NCBI RefSeq assembly: GCF_000143415.4
Contig: NW_003314301.1
Coordinates: forward strand, 344,259 to 408,258
Reading direction: 5' to 3'
DNA: 64,000 nt
Source of the DNA: Selaginella moellendorffii
Taxonomy: Eukaryota; Plantae; Lycopodiophyta
Below are positions 48,991 to 63,721 of this stretch, in pieces (within the stretch, counting starts at the first letter, position 1; each line of letters opens with the position of its first letter). The translations under genes were made by a program, and so were the position numbers. The notes under the pieces were generated by a model, which was not told the DNA's origin, did not search any database, and saw only the letters and a list, made by a program, of their open reading frames with translations.

Positions 48991-50665
48991 CTACTCTTCC
49001 TTGTCTCTCTCCAACTTCTTCACAGATTCCAGGAGGAGCTGGTTCCACATATCCACAGGCCCCGGCAAGCACCAATGCAAGCAATCGTTTTGGACGTGGC
49101 GGCCGGGCTCTTTCGCGTACGGCTGGTATATCCTGTATGGCCCAGGGTGGCCGTCGGGCCGGAGGTAGGCGCTGTACGTCACGTCCAGCACCCGGAGCCT
49201 GGAGCCGTTGGATGGGTCAAACTTCCGGGCCTCGTCGCGCTGCACACGGTTGAGATTGCTCGGCAGCCACGGCAGCTCCAACTCACCGCCGCCGCCGTGT
49301 ACGGCATCGCGTACGGAGTGCGTCGGCCGCGTACGGTTGCACTTCCCCCCGGTGCTCCACGTCCCGTGCTCGAAGTGCTCCGGCGAGGCCGTACGGAGGA
49401 ACGTGGTCCCATTGTAGCCGTCCAGCGTGGCGATGGCGCGGAGGGACGTACGGAATGCGAGCTCCATCGCCGTCAGGAAATGTACGTCGGTGTAGTTCTC
49501 GCGGGAGTACTCGTTGCAGCCGAAGATGGTGTTGTTGATTGAGTAGAGACTTGGGCGGAAGAACCACTGGGACGCGGACATGACCGCGAAATCGTAGCTC
49601 GCGAGCGATGGCCACCATGCCGGGTGTGGGACGTCTAAGTGGAGATTGAAGAGGAGTGGATCGTCGCGAACCTTGACGTGCTTGACAAGGAATGGCGACC
49701 AGACGATGGCGAGCGTAAAGTTGTAGGATTGGAAGCCCCATTTCACGTCCTTGTCCTCTCGCGAGTACACCTTGTCGGGTCTCTCCACCTTTTTTTTGGC
49801 GATCACATTGAAAAATTTCGATCAACTTCTAGTAAATCTTTCCCAAGAATCGAGATTCGAGGAACTCACCTGGGAGAGGGAGCAAAGGAGCGATTGCATG
49901 TGGTTCCTGGCGAGCGAGTCTCCGAAGAAGAGCATACTTTTGCCCCGCATGAGCTCGAGAAAGGTGGCGGGGTCGAATCGCGGGAGGTCGCAGTTGTGAG
50001 GTCGCCATCGCCAATGCAGGTAGCCCGTGTCGGGCTTGCCGTTTCTGAGGCAATTCTGGAGGAGCTGGATGTGATCGCAGCTGGAATTCGTGTAAAGAGG
50101 TGGTGTAGAATCGAAAATCCACTCGCCCTTGCTCAAATCGCAGCTTTCTATAGCACTTCCCCTGTTTTTAGTACCTGGAAAGGTTTTCCCAATTCAAATT
50201 ACCTGAATTCGAGGAAGTATCTTGTTGTTGGGTGTCGAGATCGCTGCCTGGCAATGCGGGGAACTGGTGAATCTCGTCGGAAATCGAGGAGTTTTGGAGA
50301 TCTGGGAGAATTGGAGCTCCAACGGGCGCAGAGAGCTGGGAATTCTCGCTGCCACGGACAAAGACAAAGTAAATGAAGCAGCTGTTAAGCAAGACGAGGG
50401 GCAACAGCGCAATTGGGAGCCAGAATCGGATGTTCTTGTTGTTGGAGTAGAACTTGTGATGCCACAAGAGGCTTCCAATCTCCGAGGAGATCGATTGAGC
50501 AGAAGAATTGTTGCTGGTGGCCTTTGCAGAGGGTGAATCCCCAAATCCCTGGAGCAGCACTGTCATCTTGGATTCAAACACAAATCTCGGAGACTGAGCA
50601 GCAGCAGCAGCAGCAGTATGATCATGATCGTGAGCAGAGGAATTGGAATTGAGCCTCTTGAGCAT
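48991..50665 (-). CDS. Trichome birefringence-like (TBL/PC-esterase) polysaccharide O-acetyltransferase, 3 exons, ~512 aa
   Basis: Exons 50665-50203, 50147-49870 and 49788-48991 join in frame. TM anchor, CDLSKGEW, FFGDSLARN and DCLHWCLPG motifs. Confidence 0.93.
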
Positions 50666-53098
50666 TGGAAGAAATGCGAGCTCCACCAATGTGAAGGCCT
50701 AGAGAAGGAGAAACAAGAGAGAAAGAAGAAGGCCAAGCAACCACAACTTGTGGTGACATGATTCTCTTGCAGAGGTGTGTTAGATGCTGCATTGCAATCA
50801 AGTAATAGCGCCACTATACTTCCTTGCAAACTGAGGCATACTGTGGCATGTAGGCTAATAAAATTTTGGATTTTGGTGAGTGAAGAGGAGAAGGCCCTAT
50901 AGTCAGTCAGTCACTTACTTTGTAAACAAGCACACTGCTATAGCCTGCTATACCTCTGCTCCAAGTCATCATACACACAGGGAAATTGGTTGGGGTTGTG
51001 AAAGTGATGCTTGGAGAAATCCCTTGCACAAGGAAAAAAGAGGGAAAAGAAGAAGAAAATACACTCCACAATGACTCTAAGTGCAAGCATGTATAGACAA
51101 ATTTTCAAAATGGTAGGACTTGGACAACACACCTGCTGTTTCTTCCATACTCTGCTTTAGAAGAGAGAGAGAGATACCAAAGGGAGAGGGCCATGTTGGG
51201 TCATACATACAAGCTGCACTACCTAACCCCACCTAGCAAGAGATGTCTCTATCATAAGATTAATATTAGAAATTATAAAACATTAGACAATTTGCAAATT
51301 ACAAAACCTTTAGAAAAGGTTCATGTGTAATAATCTAATATTTCTATATGGGAATAAAACCATCTTTAGTGACTAATGGATGTCGTTGAACAGACACTTA
51401 GTGGCATCCAAGTTCTCTGCAAATACCAAATTGACATCACTTAGTTCTGCAGCATCTTCAGAAAGATCCTTTCACACTTGTATAGACTGCATAGCCAATC
51501 AAGAGCGGATTCTGACACTAATTTTCGGATCTCCATCCCTCGCAACATTGTCTCCACCAAGTACAGATGCCCATTCTGGGCTTAAGCTGCAACCATTGTG
51601 TTGTGTGGCATCGCCAACCGTTTGAAGATGAGGCGAGGATTGCAGTGCTTGCACTAGGCACAACCTGGACTCAATGCCTGCGAGGAATCTGGTCTCTCGG
51701 AATGTCTCGATAGGAGCTTACAATCGGCCGCATCCGGCTTGGAAGGATTAGATCTCGTTCACATTGGATTTTCATGCTCACCACTCGGACATCCTATGAA
51801 TAACTCAATCCATAGCTCATCTTGAGAATTTCAATTGTGCTAGTCATATAGTTCATCACAATTATGATCTGATGGGCATTAGCCTCAGTCAGGGCCTATC
51901 AATCACACCCAGAGGTTTGCTATATCTAGGTCTGTGAGTTACCATGCTGCGGTGTTGTGATGATCTTTGTCTATGATCCAAAGAAGCTCATGAAACTAGC
52001 TAGGAGATCAGATCACGGTCTGTCAAGAAGGTGTTTAAGGCCATCCACTTGCTAGGTATGGTAGAAATTTCTTTACGCCTATCAAATCTGTCATGGTGCA
52101 CTACTCTCACATTGCCTTTCTTATGTCACATTCATGTATGTGTGGCAATCACAAAAGGTAAAAATATCTCTCGTTGTTTCTTCCTTGTCAAGGATGCCTA
52201 GAGCAACCACCCTACTGGCTCTTGAGGAGCTGGGTGCCCATACATCCTGCCAGCCTTGGCCATGGCAGCAACAAGGCTGTCAATGCCTATAGAAAAATAT
52301 TGCCCAATTCCCTTTGCGCACGATAGAGCTGCTATCAGGAGTGAGAGGGGGAGGAAAGGAGAAGAGAAGAGAGGAGAGGGGAGGGGGAGGAAGAGGTGTG
52401 GGAGAGAGAGAGGAGAGGGAGGGGAGAGGTAGAAGTAAAAATTCATTTTAAGTGTTTATTATAACATATTAACCACTTAGATTAATAATATCACTAGAAA
52501 AATATTTGAATTATCTCTTAAACTAATTTTAATTTTTTATTTTATCAATTGATCTCTAATCAATTTATTCTGATTTTAATAAAATTTATTATGATGACAT
52601 AAGGAGTTAAAATCTCTATAACTTTTTGTGATGCTAATTGAACAGTTCAAATTTGAATTAAAAATTTTAATGAATTGAACTTAATTGAATTCAAAGTAAA
52701 AAAATTAATTTGAATTCCAAAAATATTGAATCCACCTGACGTATGTTATCATTTTTTCATTTTCCAGAGGAAGGATAGTGTAAGGTCTTTAAATACATAC
52801 ATGTATATGGTGCTAATTTTTGTAATATAGCATATTAACTATCCATTTCAGACTGAATCTAGTCTATCTATTTTTCTATATAAGCAAGGTTCTAAACCCA
52901 AATTAATATATTTATCCCATATCTTAAGCACTCATAATAAGAAATATTACTAAATTCATTAAGCTATATATACTAGAGTTGAAATGAAAGGATATAAGTC
53001 TTTAGTCAACTATCTTAAATATATAAACTATTTGGCATAATGTATTTTAAAATATATCTTTATCATTAGTTAACAAGTTTAAATTAATGGTAAATATA

Positions 53099-53992
53099 TC
53101 ATTTTATACAATTAGGATGATTTTGTGTTCCTGTAGACCACCAAACATGATTTGGTGATTTTAGTGAATAAATTACAAGATTACAGTCATCTTGTATTGT
53201 CATGAATGTAAGAAATAAACAATAAGGTTGATTAATGCAATATTTATCACTAGACCAAATTACTGTTTTAAATTTTGAATTTAATACAAGATTACCATCA
53301 TTTTGTAAAGTAAGTTCACAAAATCCAATATATGTTTTTATAACTCTAGATATCCACACAAGTTTTTTACCAGAATATAATACAAGTTTACAGTTTGTTG
53401 ATATAAAAAGTATATTTTTCCCATTTGGAGATATTAAATATTCAGAATTTCTTAAGCTATGCTTATAAAAACCTGAAATTAATGTACTTTTTGTAGTATC
53501 ACAAGTTTTAGGATCTTTATAAGAAATGGTATGTAAAGATTTTGAACTGTAAATATCATCAGTAATATTCCACCAATAATATATAGCATATGCAATTCTA
53601 TAGTTTAAAGAATTAATATCACACATACTAGAGCGTGCTTTTAGCATTGCATCAGTATAAATATTTCTTAACGACCGAAATCCACTTCTAAGTGCACGAC
53701 CATTAACTGTATATTCAAATTTATCCTTACCAAATAAACAATTTGGAGGATTTGCTTCCATACGATTTATCATTAAAAGAGCAGCTCCTCTACCAAAATT
53801 AACAGACATCCAATTGTCATAAGTAGAAGAATAATCAGGAAATGAATTATTAATTTGTGCTTCAAGTACTCTAAATCCACGTTCAATAATTATATCAACT
53901 TCATCTTGAAGTAATGTGTAATTATCTCCCCAAACTATTGCACTTGAAACCATATCTACAAAAAATAGGATTATAAATGCTAAAAATAACAT
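53099..53992 (-). CDS. Secreted chimeric bulb-type lectin, copy 2
   Basis: 297-aa intact paralogue of 30889-31782, 20 aa differences. Confidence 0.85.
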   Translation of the reverse strand: MLFLAFIILFFVDMVSSAIVWGDNYTLLQDEVDIIIERGFRVLEAQINNSFPDYSSTYDNWMSVNFGRGAALLMINRMEANPPNCLFGKDKFEYTVNGRALRSGFRSLRNIYTDAMLKARSSMCDINSLNYRIAYAIYYWWNITDDIYSSKSLHTISYKDPKTCDTTKSTLISGFYKHSLRNSEYLISPNGKNILFISTNCKLVLYSGKKLVWISRVIKTYIGFCELTLQNDGNLVLNSKFKTVIWSSDKYCINQPYCLFLTFMTIQDDCNLVIYSLKSPNHVWWSTGTQNHPNCIK

Positions 53993-54739
53993 ATTTAATA
54001 TTTTTAAATAAAATCATTTTATAGTGGTTTTAATTATTTTCTTTTATCTAGTAAATTAGTAATAGTATCTCTCTTTTAAAAATATTATCTTCTGTTTAAA
54101 GTTGTATATACATTTGTAGACACATTGTATGTACTATGTTAAATTTAATATTGACTATTCATTATGCAAGCAACAGTAACCAAGACTCCTCCCAGGTCAT
54201 GCATGACACACAGATCTACTGAATATCTCAAGATACCTGCGACACCTCCTTGATCATGCCAAGTACTAGACTCTACTGTGAATATTCCCTTTTGACCTTT
54301 ACTAAAGAAAAAATGTGTAATATTCTCCACCTTAAAATATCAAACTCTGCGGCCTTGGAAAGCTTCTTGATAAACTCTTTATTGCTGCACAATTGAAAGG
54401 TACTCATCTTCAAAAGTGAAAACAATTGATTGCTTCAGATTTGAGTTGGCTACAAATGTTTTGCAAGACTGGTCTTGGCCATCCATATTGGTTGTAAAAC
54501 TGGACATCCAAGGCATTGCTATTCAGGTGCAGTGCCAAGTGGAACTTTCACTGTACTCCTCTTGTATGTTACAAAATTCAAGACAACTAATGAGGAATTC
54601 AATTTCCAATGCTTTTGCAGCAAATTCTTCGTGTAGTTTGGTCACTTGTAAAGCCATGCAGTCTTAACACTCCCAGCTGCACAAACTCACTGCCACTAGG
54701 TCCAAGCATGGCTGCGTTCCAGACACCACTTACCTGACC

Positions 54740-56170
54740 CAGTTCAATTTTGCCAGGGAGCTTGATGAACTTGGAATATGAACCCATAATTATTTCTCTT
54801 CCTCTTTCCTTTAGTCCTTGAAAGATTTCCTTAGCTTTGTCACAGCTTCACTCACAAACTCGAGCCACAGTTTCGGTCAATCCATTACTCCTGCTGCTAT
54901 TGCATCGCTCTTCTTTTTAAGAGAGACCAGACCACCTTTTCATCCATCCTTGAGCATTTGCTTCCCTAGAGAGCTTTGGTAATGCTTGTCATCTACTCCA
55001 TCTGTAAGAGACCTCCCTCTAAATTTTGGAGCCTGGATTCTCGATCAAGACTTGGTTGTGGTTTCTTGTCGATGTGTTCTATGTTGATCTGTTTGTGTAT
55101 CCTTGTGGATCAGCAAACTGGAGCTTGTTGTCAAGGGCTAGAGTGTGCTCTAAACGGAGACAAAATCAAAATCATGGGTTTTTCTTTTGTTTTAGACTAA
55201 ATGTGATTAATTAGCGGGGGATTAGTAATAATCCTAGGGCTATGACCCTTTGTGAGGGGAGAGATGAAATACAAAAGAATGCTTGATAAAAAGTAAAGAA
55301 CAAGTAGTAGTGTGATGGAGAACAATGATGGCACTGTCGAAGAGGCCAGTGCTAAGGAGGACAAACCTCTAGACAGCCATGGTGACAATTAGCATCGGAG
55401 CGTGAGGAGGTTCAAGTCCCTAAGCAGCAATGGTTTCTTTGTGCTTGCTCGTCTTGGTATTTGTGGAGTTCCCCTCCACACTTGTTTGCTATCCTTACAT
55501 CACTGAACACCTCTTTGCAAACTCCCCTTGCGAACTTAATCCTGTCTCATCTAGATGCAGCAAGACAAGCCATCATGGCCTTCTTCTCGCAAGCTTCTTA
55601 GTCTTCTGTGCTATATTTAAAATTTGGGACAAACGCTTTCACCAGGGGGAGTGGTAAGCCTTTGAGGCAGTGATTGAACAACCTTTCATAGTAGCAGCCT
55701 AGAAAAAACAAAGTGAGTAGGTGCTCCCATGCAATTTCTAATGCTTATGTACCTTGCATTGTGAAGTAATTTGTTTTTCACAGTACTGCCATGCATGGCT
55801 CCAGCTTGCCTCATCCTTGAATGCCAAAATGAATGGACCTTTTGAAGGATCATCATCACTTCCAGTAGGAATTGGTACTCGTAACACTGGAAGGACCGGC
55901 TCAAATGCAATCATTGTTGCTGAGTGCAATAAGTCTGTGCTGTGTGCACTCACTAGATCTTCCTTGGCTGCAAACAGTTTTTCATTAGGACAAGAGAAAC
56001 AAAAGAAAGAAGAATAAAAATGCTGCTCCTTCAACTTGGTAAATTTAGACGATAGGCCATTGAAAATCTGTATATATTCATGCCTCAGAATCTATTAAGA
56101 ACTTTCTAGAAGTTATGTGTGACAAAGATGAAGCTCCACTAGGAACACACCTTCAGACCTAAGCAGCAAG
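54740..56170 (-). pseudogene. Block of gene fragments, copy 3 of 3
   Basis: ORF 55738-56034 (FEPVLPVLRVPIPTGSDDDPSKGPFILAFKDEASWSHAWQYCEKQITSQCK); homologous to copies 1 and 2. Confidence 0.7.
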
Positions 56171-56354
56171 TGAATTAAGGAAAACCCTACCTTTGAGGTG
56201 ATTTAACCATCAGAATTTTATTTCTTTGTGAGTCCTTCGGTGTTGCACCATTGATGAATATTAGCTTGGTGCTAAAGATGAAAATGGTAATTCATGATAG
56301 GGTCTTTATAAAATGGTTTAGCATTTGACGAGGATATTAAATAGGTGGTGGAGT

Positions 56355-57799
56355 TGTATGACACAAATCCTTATGCCCCAAAGTGGAGCTGGAAGAGTGT
56401 CATGTGGCAATGGTTGAAGCAAAAATCTAATAAAGGTAACACGTTTGGACCAAAAACTCCAACTCGGAAAGTCAAGAGTGAGAGTGGAATTTCTAAAGAA
56501 GTGTTCAAGGAATAAGTATAAAATGATTGGTAAATGAGTCTCTAAAAAAGGATACAAGAGGGACCGATATATGGCAAGTGTCATGACACAAGGAAGTGTC
56601 AGGATTAATTCCAAGATGGAGTCTGAGATGGAGTCCGAGAAGGAATCCAAGATGGAGTTTGAGATGGAGTCTGAGAAGAAGTCCCAGATAGGGACCGATA
56701 CTAAGACTGAGATTGAGACCAAGACCAAGTCCGAGACCGAGACTGAGACCGAGTTCGAGTCCAAGTCCAAGAGTGAAATCCCAAAACAATTGTCTCCCAA
56801 ACTAAAGGGTTTGAGCTCCAAAAGGATATAGAGGGAAGACTCTAGTGGAACTAATTTGGCCAAGAAAGGCTAATGTGACCAAAGCTTTAACTTCCTCTTC
56901 CAAGTGGCTTTGAGGTGACACTAAAGTTGTACCCACGTGGTGGGTGATGATATAACCATTGAAGAGTCTAAGGCTAGAGTGAACACGGATGGACAAGTGG
57001 GACAATTTGGTGAAATGTTCAAGAGTCAACTCTAGCTCTCTTAGGAAATCGAATAGTCAATGATCCCAATCCAATTATGGGTGGCATTACCTACTTAGAT
57101 ACCTAATGTAGCTTATCGGAACCTTGTTCTAGCCATATGGCTAGAGCACTAATAGTGGAAGGTAGAGAGAGTACCCATAAGACTCAAGTAGGGCTATAGT
57201 GTTTTGCAATGTCGTTCTAATATCTCAAACTATAGAAAAGAAAATGAATAGTCCTCTTGTGTAGTGACCAAAGATATAGTCATATGGTGAGGAAGTTCAA
57301 GAGGTCAATGGGACTTAGTGGTTGGACCTTCAAGCATTCAAACATTGACTTAGTGGCAGTGTTGGTGAGCACAATTGTGGATGGAAAGGGATTTAGTGGG
57401 GATTGAAGAAGGGACATTAGGAAAAAGTGTTGTTTATATCTTTAGGCATTTTAAGGATGCTAAGGTACAATCTTGGGATGACCACTCATTTACAGATAGC
57501 CCAGCCTTTAAGAGATGGGATTATGGCATAGGTGGTTTTGAACTACCAATGAGACAAAGATAAATGGATATAGCTTTAATGGGTTGAAATGTTAATAATA
57601 CCTTTGGGGTGTCTGTTATAAGATTGGACACATGGAGCACTTGGATCAAGTGCAAAGGCTAAGTGGCAAAAATGCCATTCACAGGGCTAATATATCCTTA
57701 AGTGGGGAATATGACTTGTAAAGGTTATGACTAAAACTCTTCCAAATAGTTTAATGTGTGGTTAAGTGACTAGAATAGAATAAAAAATTTAGTCACTTA
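56355..57799 (+). mobile_element. Family A 3' LTR preceded by its PPT
   Basis: AGGTGGTGGAGT (56343-56354) then TGTATGACACAAATCC; ends ...AATTTAGTCACTTA with the terminal CA missing. Confidence 0.85.
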
Positions 57800-57800
57800 G

Positions 57801-58664
57801 GCTCCACTTCTTCCAACAGATAACTTGCCAAAGAGTTTTGATTGGAGGGAGCATGGTGCAATGACCCCTGTGAAGAACCAGGTAAGTCCTTTTTCTATAT
57901 GATCTTAAATCTCACATTTAAAAGTTCCAGGGAAGTTGTGGCTCTTGCTGGACTTTTAGCAGCACAGGAGCAGTGGAAGGTGCCCACTTTCTAAAGTCTA
58001 GAGAGCTTATTAGCCTGAGGGAGGAGCAGCTGGTTGACTGTGATCGCATGGTAATTCATTTTTCATAACTTGATCTGAATATGGTCATGCTGATCCATGA
58101 TTACTTGGAACCAGGATGGTGGCTGCAAAGGTGGTGACATGTTAAATGCCTACGAGTATATCAAAGCCAAGGGTCTTGAAGCTGAGGAAGATTATCCTTA
58201 CCAAGAAGAAAACTACAAGGAGTATATGTTTCCCCATCACCGATGCCACTTCCGCCCAAGCAAGGTGGCTGCCACCATTGCAAACTACTCGACAGTGTCT
58301 GAGGATGAGGACCAGATTGCTGCAAATCTCGTGAAAAATGGGCCTCTTTCGAGTAAGTAGTGTGTTGCTCTTTGGCAAAAGTTGACAAGAAAATGTTGTT
58401 TCCAATGTGGTCTTTGCAGTTGCGCTCAATGCCAATTACATAATGGATTATATGGGTGGAGTAGCTTGCCCTCGCATTTGCCCGGGTGGGGACAACATGA
58501 ACCATGCGGTGCTCCTTGTTGGCTATGGCATGGATGGTGATAAGCCCTACTGGATCCTCAAGAATTCTTGGAGCGAGAACTATGGTGAAGATGGTTATTT
58601 TAGGTTGTGTCGAGGGTTTGGTGTCTGTGGCATGAACACCAGAGTCTCTACTGTTTCTGCATAG
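57801..58664 (+). pseudogene. Papain-like cysteine protease (C1A, RD19/cathepsin F-like), 5'-truncated; mature domain intact
   Basis: Exons 57801-57881, 57931-58050, 58115-58352 and 58420-58664 in frame: [21 protein letters not shown]...NHAVLLVGYG...WILKNSW. No signal peptide or prodomain upstream. Confidence 0.85.
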
Positions 58665-58972
58665 TAGTTACTAGGTATTTAATCCAAAAATTTAATATGA
58701 ACACGTTGTCATAACTATTTTACATGTAGTAAAATTTTATTCTTTTTAAAATTTAGAAACTCCTTGAATTATAGCATCTTTTAGAGAAGTAACATTGGGT
58801 CTTTTCATAAAGAACATTGCAAACAAAAAATGGAGAGCTTCAAGGAATGACTTGTCCCGACAAGCAGGCGCCAACGCAAAGAAGAGATAACCAGTTATAA
58901 ATCCTCTAAAACCCAATCCCTTTTATCACGTAAGCATTTAGGGCGTGGCAAAAGACTAGGGGGAGTGTAGCG

Positions 58973-60387
58973 ATGAGGAGAGATCCGGAAGGACTGTTAG
59001 TGGCGATGGCGAGCTCCATTCCATCTCCCAGCTTGAATCACAAGGCCAAAGATTGGTGGGAGGAGCTCAATCGCTCTAAATCCTGGCAAGACGGGGTTTT
59101 CTACGCACTGGCTGCTCTATATGCCGCCATCGCCATTGTAGCTCTTGTAAGTTCTCCATTTTCTTTCCTTTGTGGGTCTCACTGTTCTCGGCTGTCTAGG
59201 TGCAACTCATCCGGATCCACAGGAGGGTTCGCGACTATGGCTGGACGACTCAAAAGGTGTTCCATTTGCTCAATTTTCTCGTATGCGCTGGTAAGTTTCT
59301 ACCATAGCCAAGGCTTCTTTCTCACGAATGCTTTACCTTTTCCTTGTAGTGCGAGCTAGCGTCTTCCTCTTTCGAAGGCCCGCTCAGCACGTCGGTCCTC
59401 ACGTAAGTCTATCTTGAAAATCCAGTAGGAGATGGTTTTCAGTGCCTCAAAACCTTCTCTCTGTCTCCTTTTTTTTTTTTTTTTGGTGTTTGTGCAGATT
59501 CTCCAATCCTTTTTGCTGGACCTTCCCGGTTTGCTTTTCTTCTCGACTTACACACTGCTCGTTTTGTTCTGGGCCGAAATCTTCTATCAGGTTCAAGTGT
59601 ATTGTCATTTTTCTTCTTTGTTCTTACAACTCTTTCTCGATCACAGGCTCTAAGTCTTCCCACCGAAAACTTGAGACCCTCGTTCCTGATCATCAACACG
59701 GCAATCTATGTTTTCCAGGTACCCTCCTGCTTTTCTTCATCTGTCATGAAACTAAAAATCTCGTCACAGATTGCGATATGGCTGATACAATGGTGGGATC
59801 CGATGCTTGTGTGGGACATTTTCTCCCGGGTCTTCTTCGCAGGCATGCTAAAATCTTTAAGTTTGTTCTTCTTCTCCTCGCTTACAATCGTCACTTTTCT
59901 TGCATTGCAGGAGTTTCTTTCGCGGGTGCCTTGGGCTTCCTCTTGTATGGAGGAAGGCTCTTCTTGATGCTACGAAGATTTCCCATCGAATCAAAGGGAC
60001 GGAGAAAGAAGCTCCGTGAAGTTGGCTGCGTTACTGCCATTTGCTTTACGTGCTTCACTATTCGCTCTGTGGTGGTATGTATATCCTTTCGCTTTCGCAA
60101 GTTTTCTAGCAATGGCGCGTTTTTTTTTTTTCTTTTCGTTTGTTTGTTCGCAGGTGGCATGGTCTGCTTTCGACAAGAAGGCTGAGATTGATGTCCTCTA
60201 TCATCCAATCTTGAACTTCCTGTACTTTTTGGTAAGTTCTAGTGTAGATGTTTCCAGTACAGTTTTAACTTTAATCATCTCTCATTTCCAGCTTGTGGAG
60301 ATACTCCCGTCGGCTCTCGTGCTCTACATCTTACGCAAGCTCCCAGCAAAAAGAGCCACTTCCACCGCATACAAAGCAATTCGATGA
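58973..60387 (+). CDS. Tobamovirus multiplication 1/3-like (TOM1/TOM3/THH1 family) multi-pass membrane protein, multi-exon
   Basis: [62 protein letters not shown] and [18 protein letters not shown] across short introns. Confidence 0.93.
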
Positions 60388-60555
60388 GAAGAGAGTGTTT
60401 TTCTTCACAAGAACGAGAAGAAAAATCCGAGAAGAAAAACTCGAGAAGAAAGGATGGACGCGTGTGTACGTGTGTATATTTCAGTGACTTCTCTGGTAAC
60501 ACAACTTATGATTTTGCATCTTCTGCTACTTTATGTTGCCCTCTGGCTGGTTTAT

Positions 60556-61794
<1,239 letters not shown>

Positions 61795-62084
61795 AGCTTA
61801 TCTTCTTCCAAGCTTTTCCTGTAAGACAAAAAGAAACATCAAACATCAGCTTTATATACGAGCCTGAGCGTCACAGGAAAACGTCCTACCTCATTAAATG
61901 AAGAACGCGACTGGCTACCATTTGATTTCTGAAAAAGAAGAAACGAGAAAATATTACATGAGCAGCCAACTTAAACGCAACCTCCTATACACCCGAAGAG
62001 CTCTCAAATCACGCTCTTGAATAATCAATCGAAAGAAAATAGCCAAGAGCGTTTCTCAAAAGAAGAAGAAAAAAATTCGCTATG

Positions 62085-63567
62085 CTACTCATTGACCCGC
62101 ATATAAGATGGCTCCGTAACTCGTCTGTAAAGGCCAGTGACTTTGCCTATCACATACTCCACACCCCACTGCAGTAACAATGTTTCGTCAGAGGACATCA
62201 ATGCACCCATTCAATAACATAACAAACCTGAATGTTCGAGGGAATAGACCTCCAAAAGTCCATGTGAGGAATCGCCTAGAGACCAATTCAAGCCACCGCT
62301 TTATGCAATGCCATAGACGAGACAAAGAATTACCTCCACACCGACGATGCCAAGCGCTTTTCTTCGATAAATTGTCGCTGCTATCATATACACAACTAGA
62401 AAGCACAGTAATCTACAGCAAAGAAAATCATCTGAGAACAATGAGCACAGAATAAAGCATACTTACACAATAAGCAACGTGCTAAACCACCCGAGGCCTC
62501 CGCCATCGAGGCGCGTCACCACAGGACACCCTGCCGGGTGTTTAAGAACTGCTGTCTGAAAATGCAAATGTCAAACACAAAGTACGTTTAAGAGTAAAAA
62601 AAAAACGCATACGTAGTGGCAGCCATCTCCTGCAACCGAAGTTGGGAGCTGCAAAAGCAAAAACAAACAAAAACAAGTTAGAAGAAATTAAAAAACACTT
62701 TAAGGGACAGTGTTCTTGGACATGAATTAACCTCTTGTTGGCCAGTTCTCTTGCAGTAGACAGATACTGAGAAGGAACACGCGTCCTGAGAGGTATTGGC
62801 CACCATGTCGACGATCAGACCTTGCTCTGGTTTGCGCTTGTCTGAAGATTCGACAAGCAATCAGCTTTTACGTGTCAAGTATTGTAGCAAGCCACGTACC
62901 TATGAGTGAAAACGTCGTAGTCGATGGAAAACCTAAGGTCCTACACAGTGGAAATCCTGGAAGATAATGAAAGTTGCTAGCTCGAAGCACAAGGAAGATA
63001 AAAAAAAAGAACCAAGTACCGGAGTGTGTGACGGCCTCGAGAGCACTGCACGTCTCGCCACAGTGATCGGGTCCTCCGCAACTCTACTTCCATAAGGTTT
63101 AGTGAGCCTCCAATCCATCACAGGAAAACTTTTTTCTCTTGGTTACCTCGCATCTTTGGCAAATGGGAGGATCGTGATTGAATTTCATGTGCTCGCATAG
63201 CTAGAGAAAAACACAGCAACGAAAAGGAATCACGGGGTTATTTTTTTCTCGCTAAGAACAATGGAGCAAATTTTTTTTCTTCGTACCTGGAACCAAACGA
63301 TTGTCTTGTCGCCGTTGGAATCCTTCTGGACCACTTTGTAAAACCTGGAAGGAGAAGAAGCACTCGATGAGAGAGTAACGCCTGGAAAGGAATGCCATAC
63401 CCATCTTCGCTGCGCACTCCATGGACAAACCCGCGCAGCGGACCCGCGAGATTATAGCTGTAGCGATAGTTTTCAATGGCTGTTTCCCAAATGCAAGAAT
63501 CTGCCCTCACCGAGCTCCTCCACAGCAATACCAGCATCGCGCTCGCGATCGCCACCAGAAAATCCAT
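62085..63567 (-). CDS. ATG27/mannose-6-phosphate-receptor-like type I membrane protein, multi-exon
   Basis: Signal peptide; SEDG/FYKV..WFQ/LCEHMKFNHDPPIC; CSFSVSVYC; LKHPAGCP..GGGLGWFSTL; TM helix; IPHMDFWRSIP; C-terminal YMRV sorting-type motif. Confidence 0.8.
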
Positions 63568-63721
63568 AGAAATCGATAGAGACGAGCAGCGCCAGGCCCA
63601 CGCTCGCCCGCGCGCCCTAGCAAAGAGAACTCGCTGTGGACAATGGGAGCTAAACAACACAGCAAGGCAAAGGTTTCAAAAATTAAAAAAAATCTTTGTT
63701 AAGCAAAAAATTAAAAGCGTT

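Larger units (their letters stand above)
51759..57718. repeat. Segmental duplication, copy 2
   Basis: Collinear with 29492-42476 minus the chromovirus. Confidence 0.9.

Noticed and set aside
48919-50376. Long plus-strand ORFs (207 and 245 aa)
   Set aside because: Antisense to the GC-rich TBL exons; no recognisable motifs.
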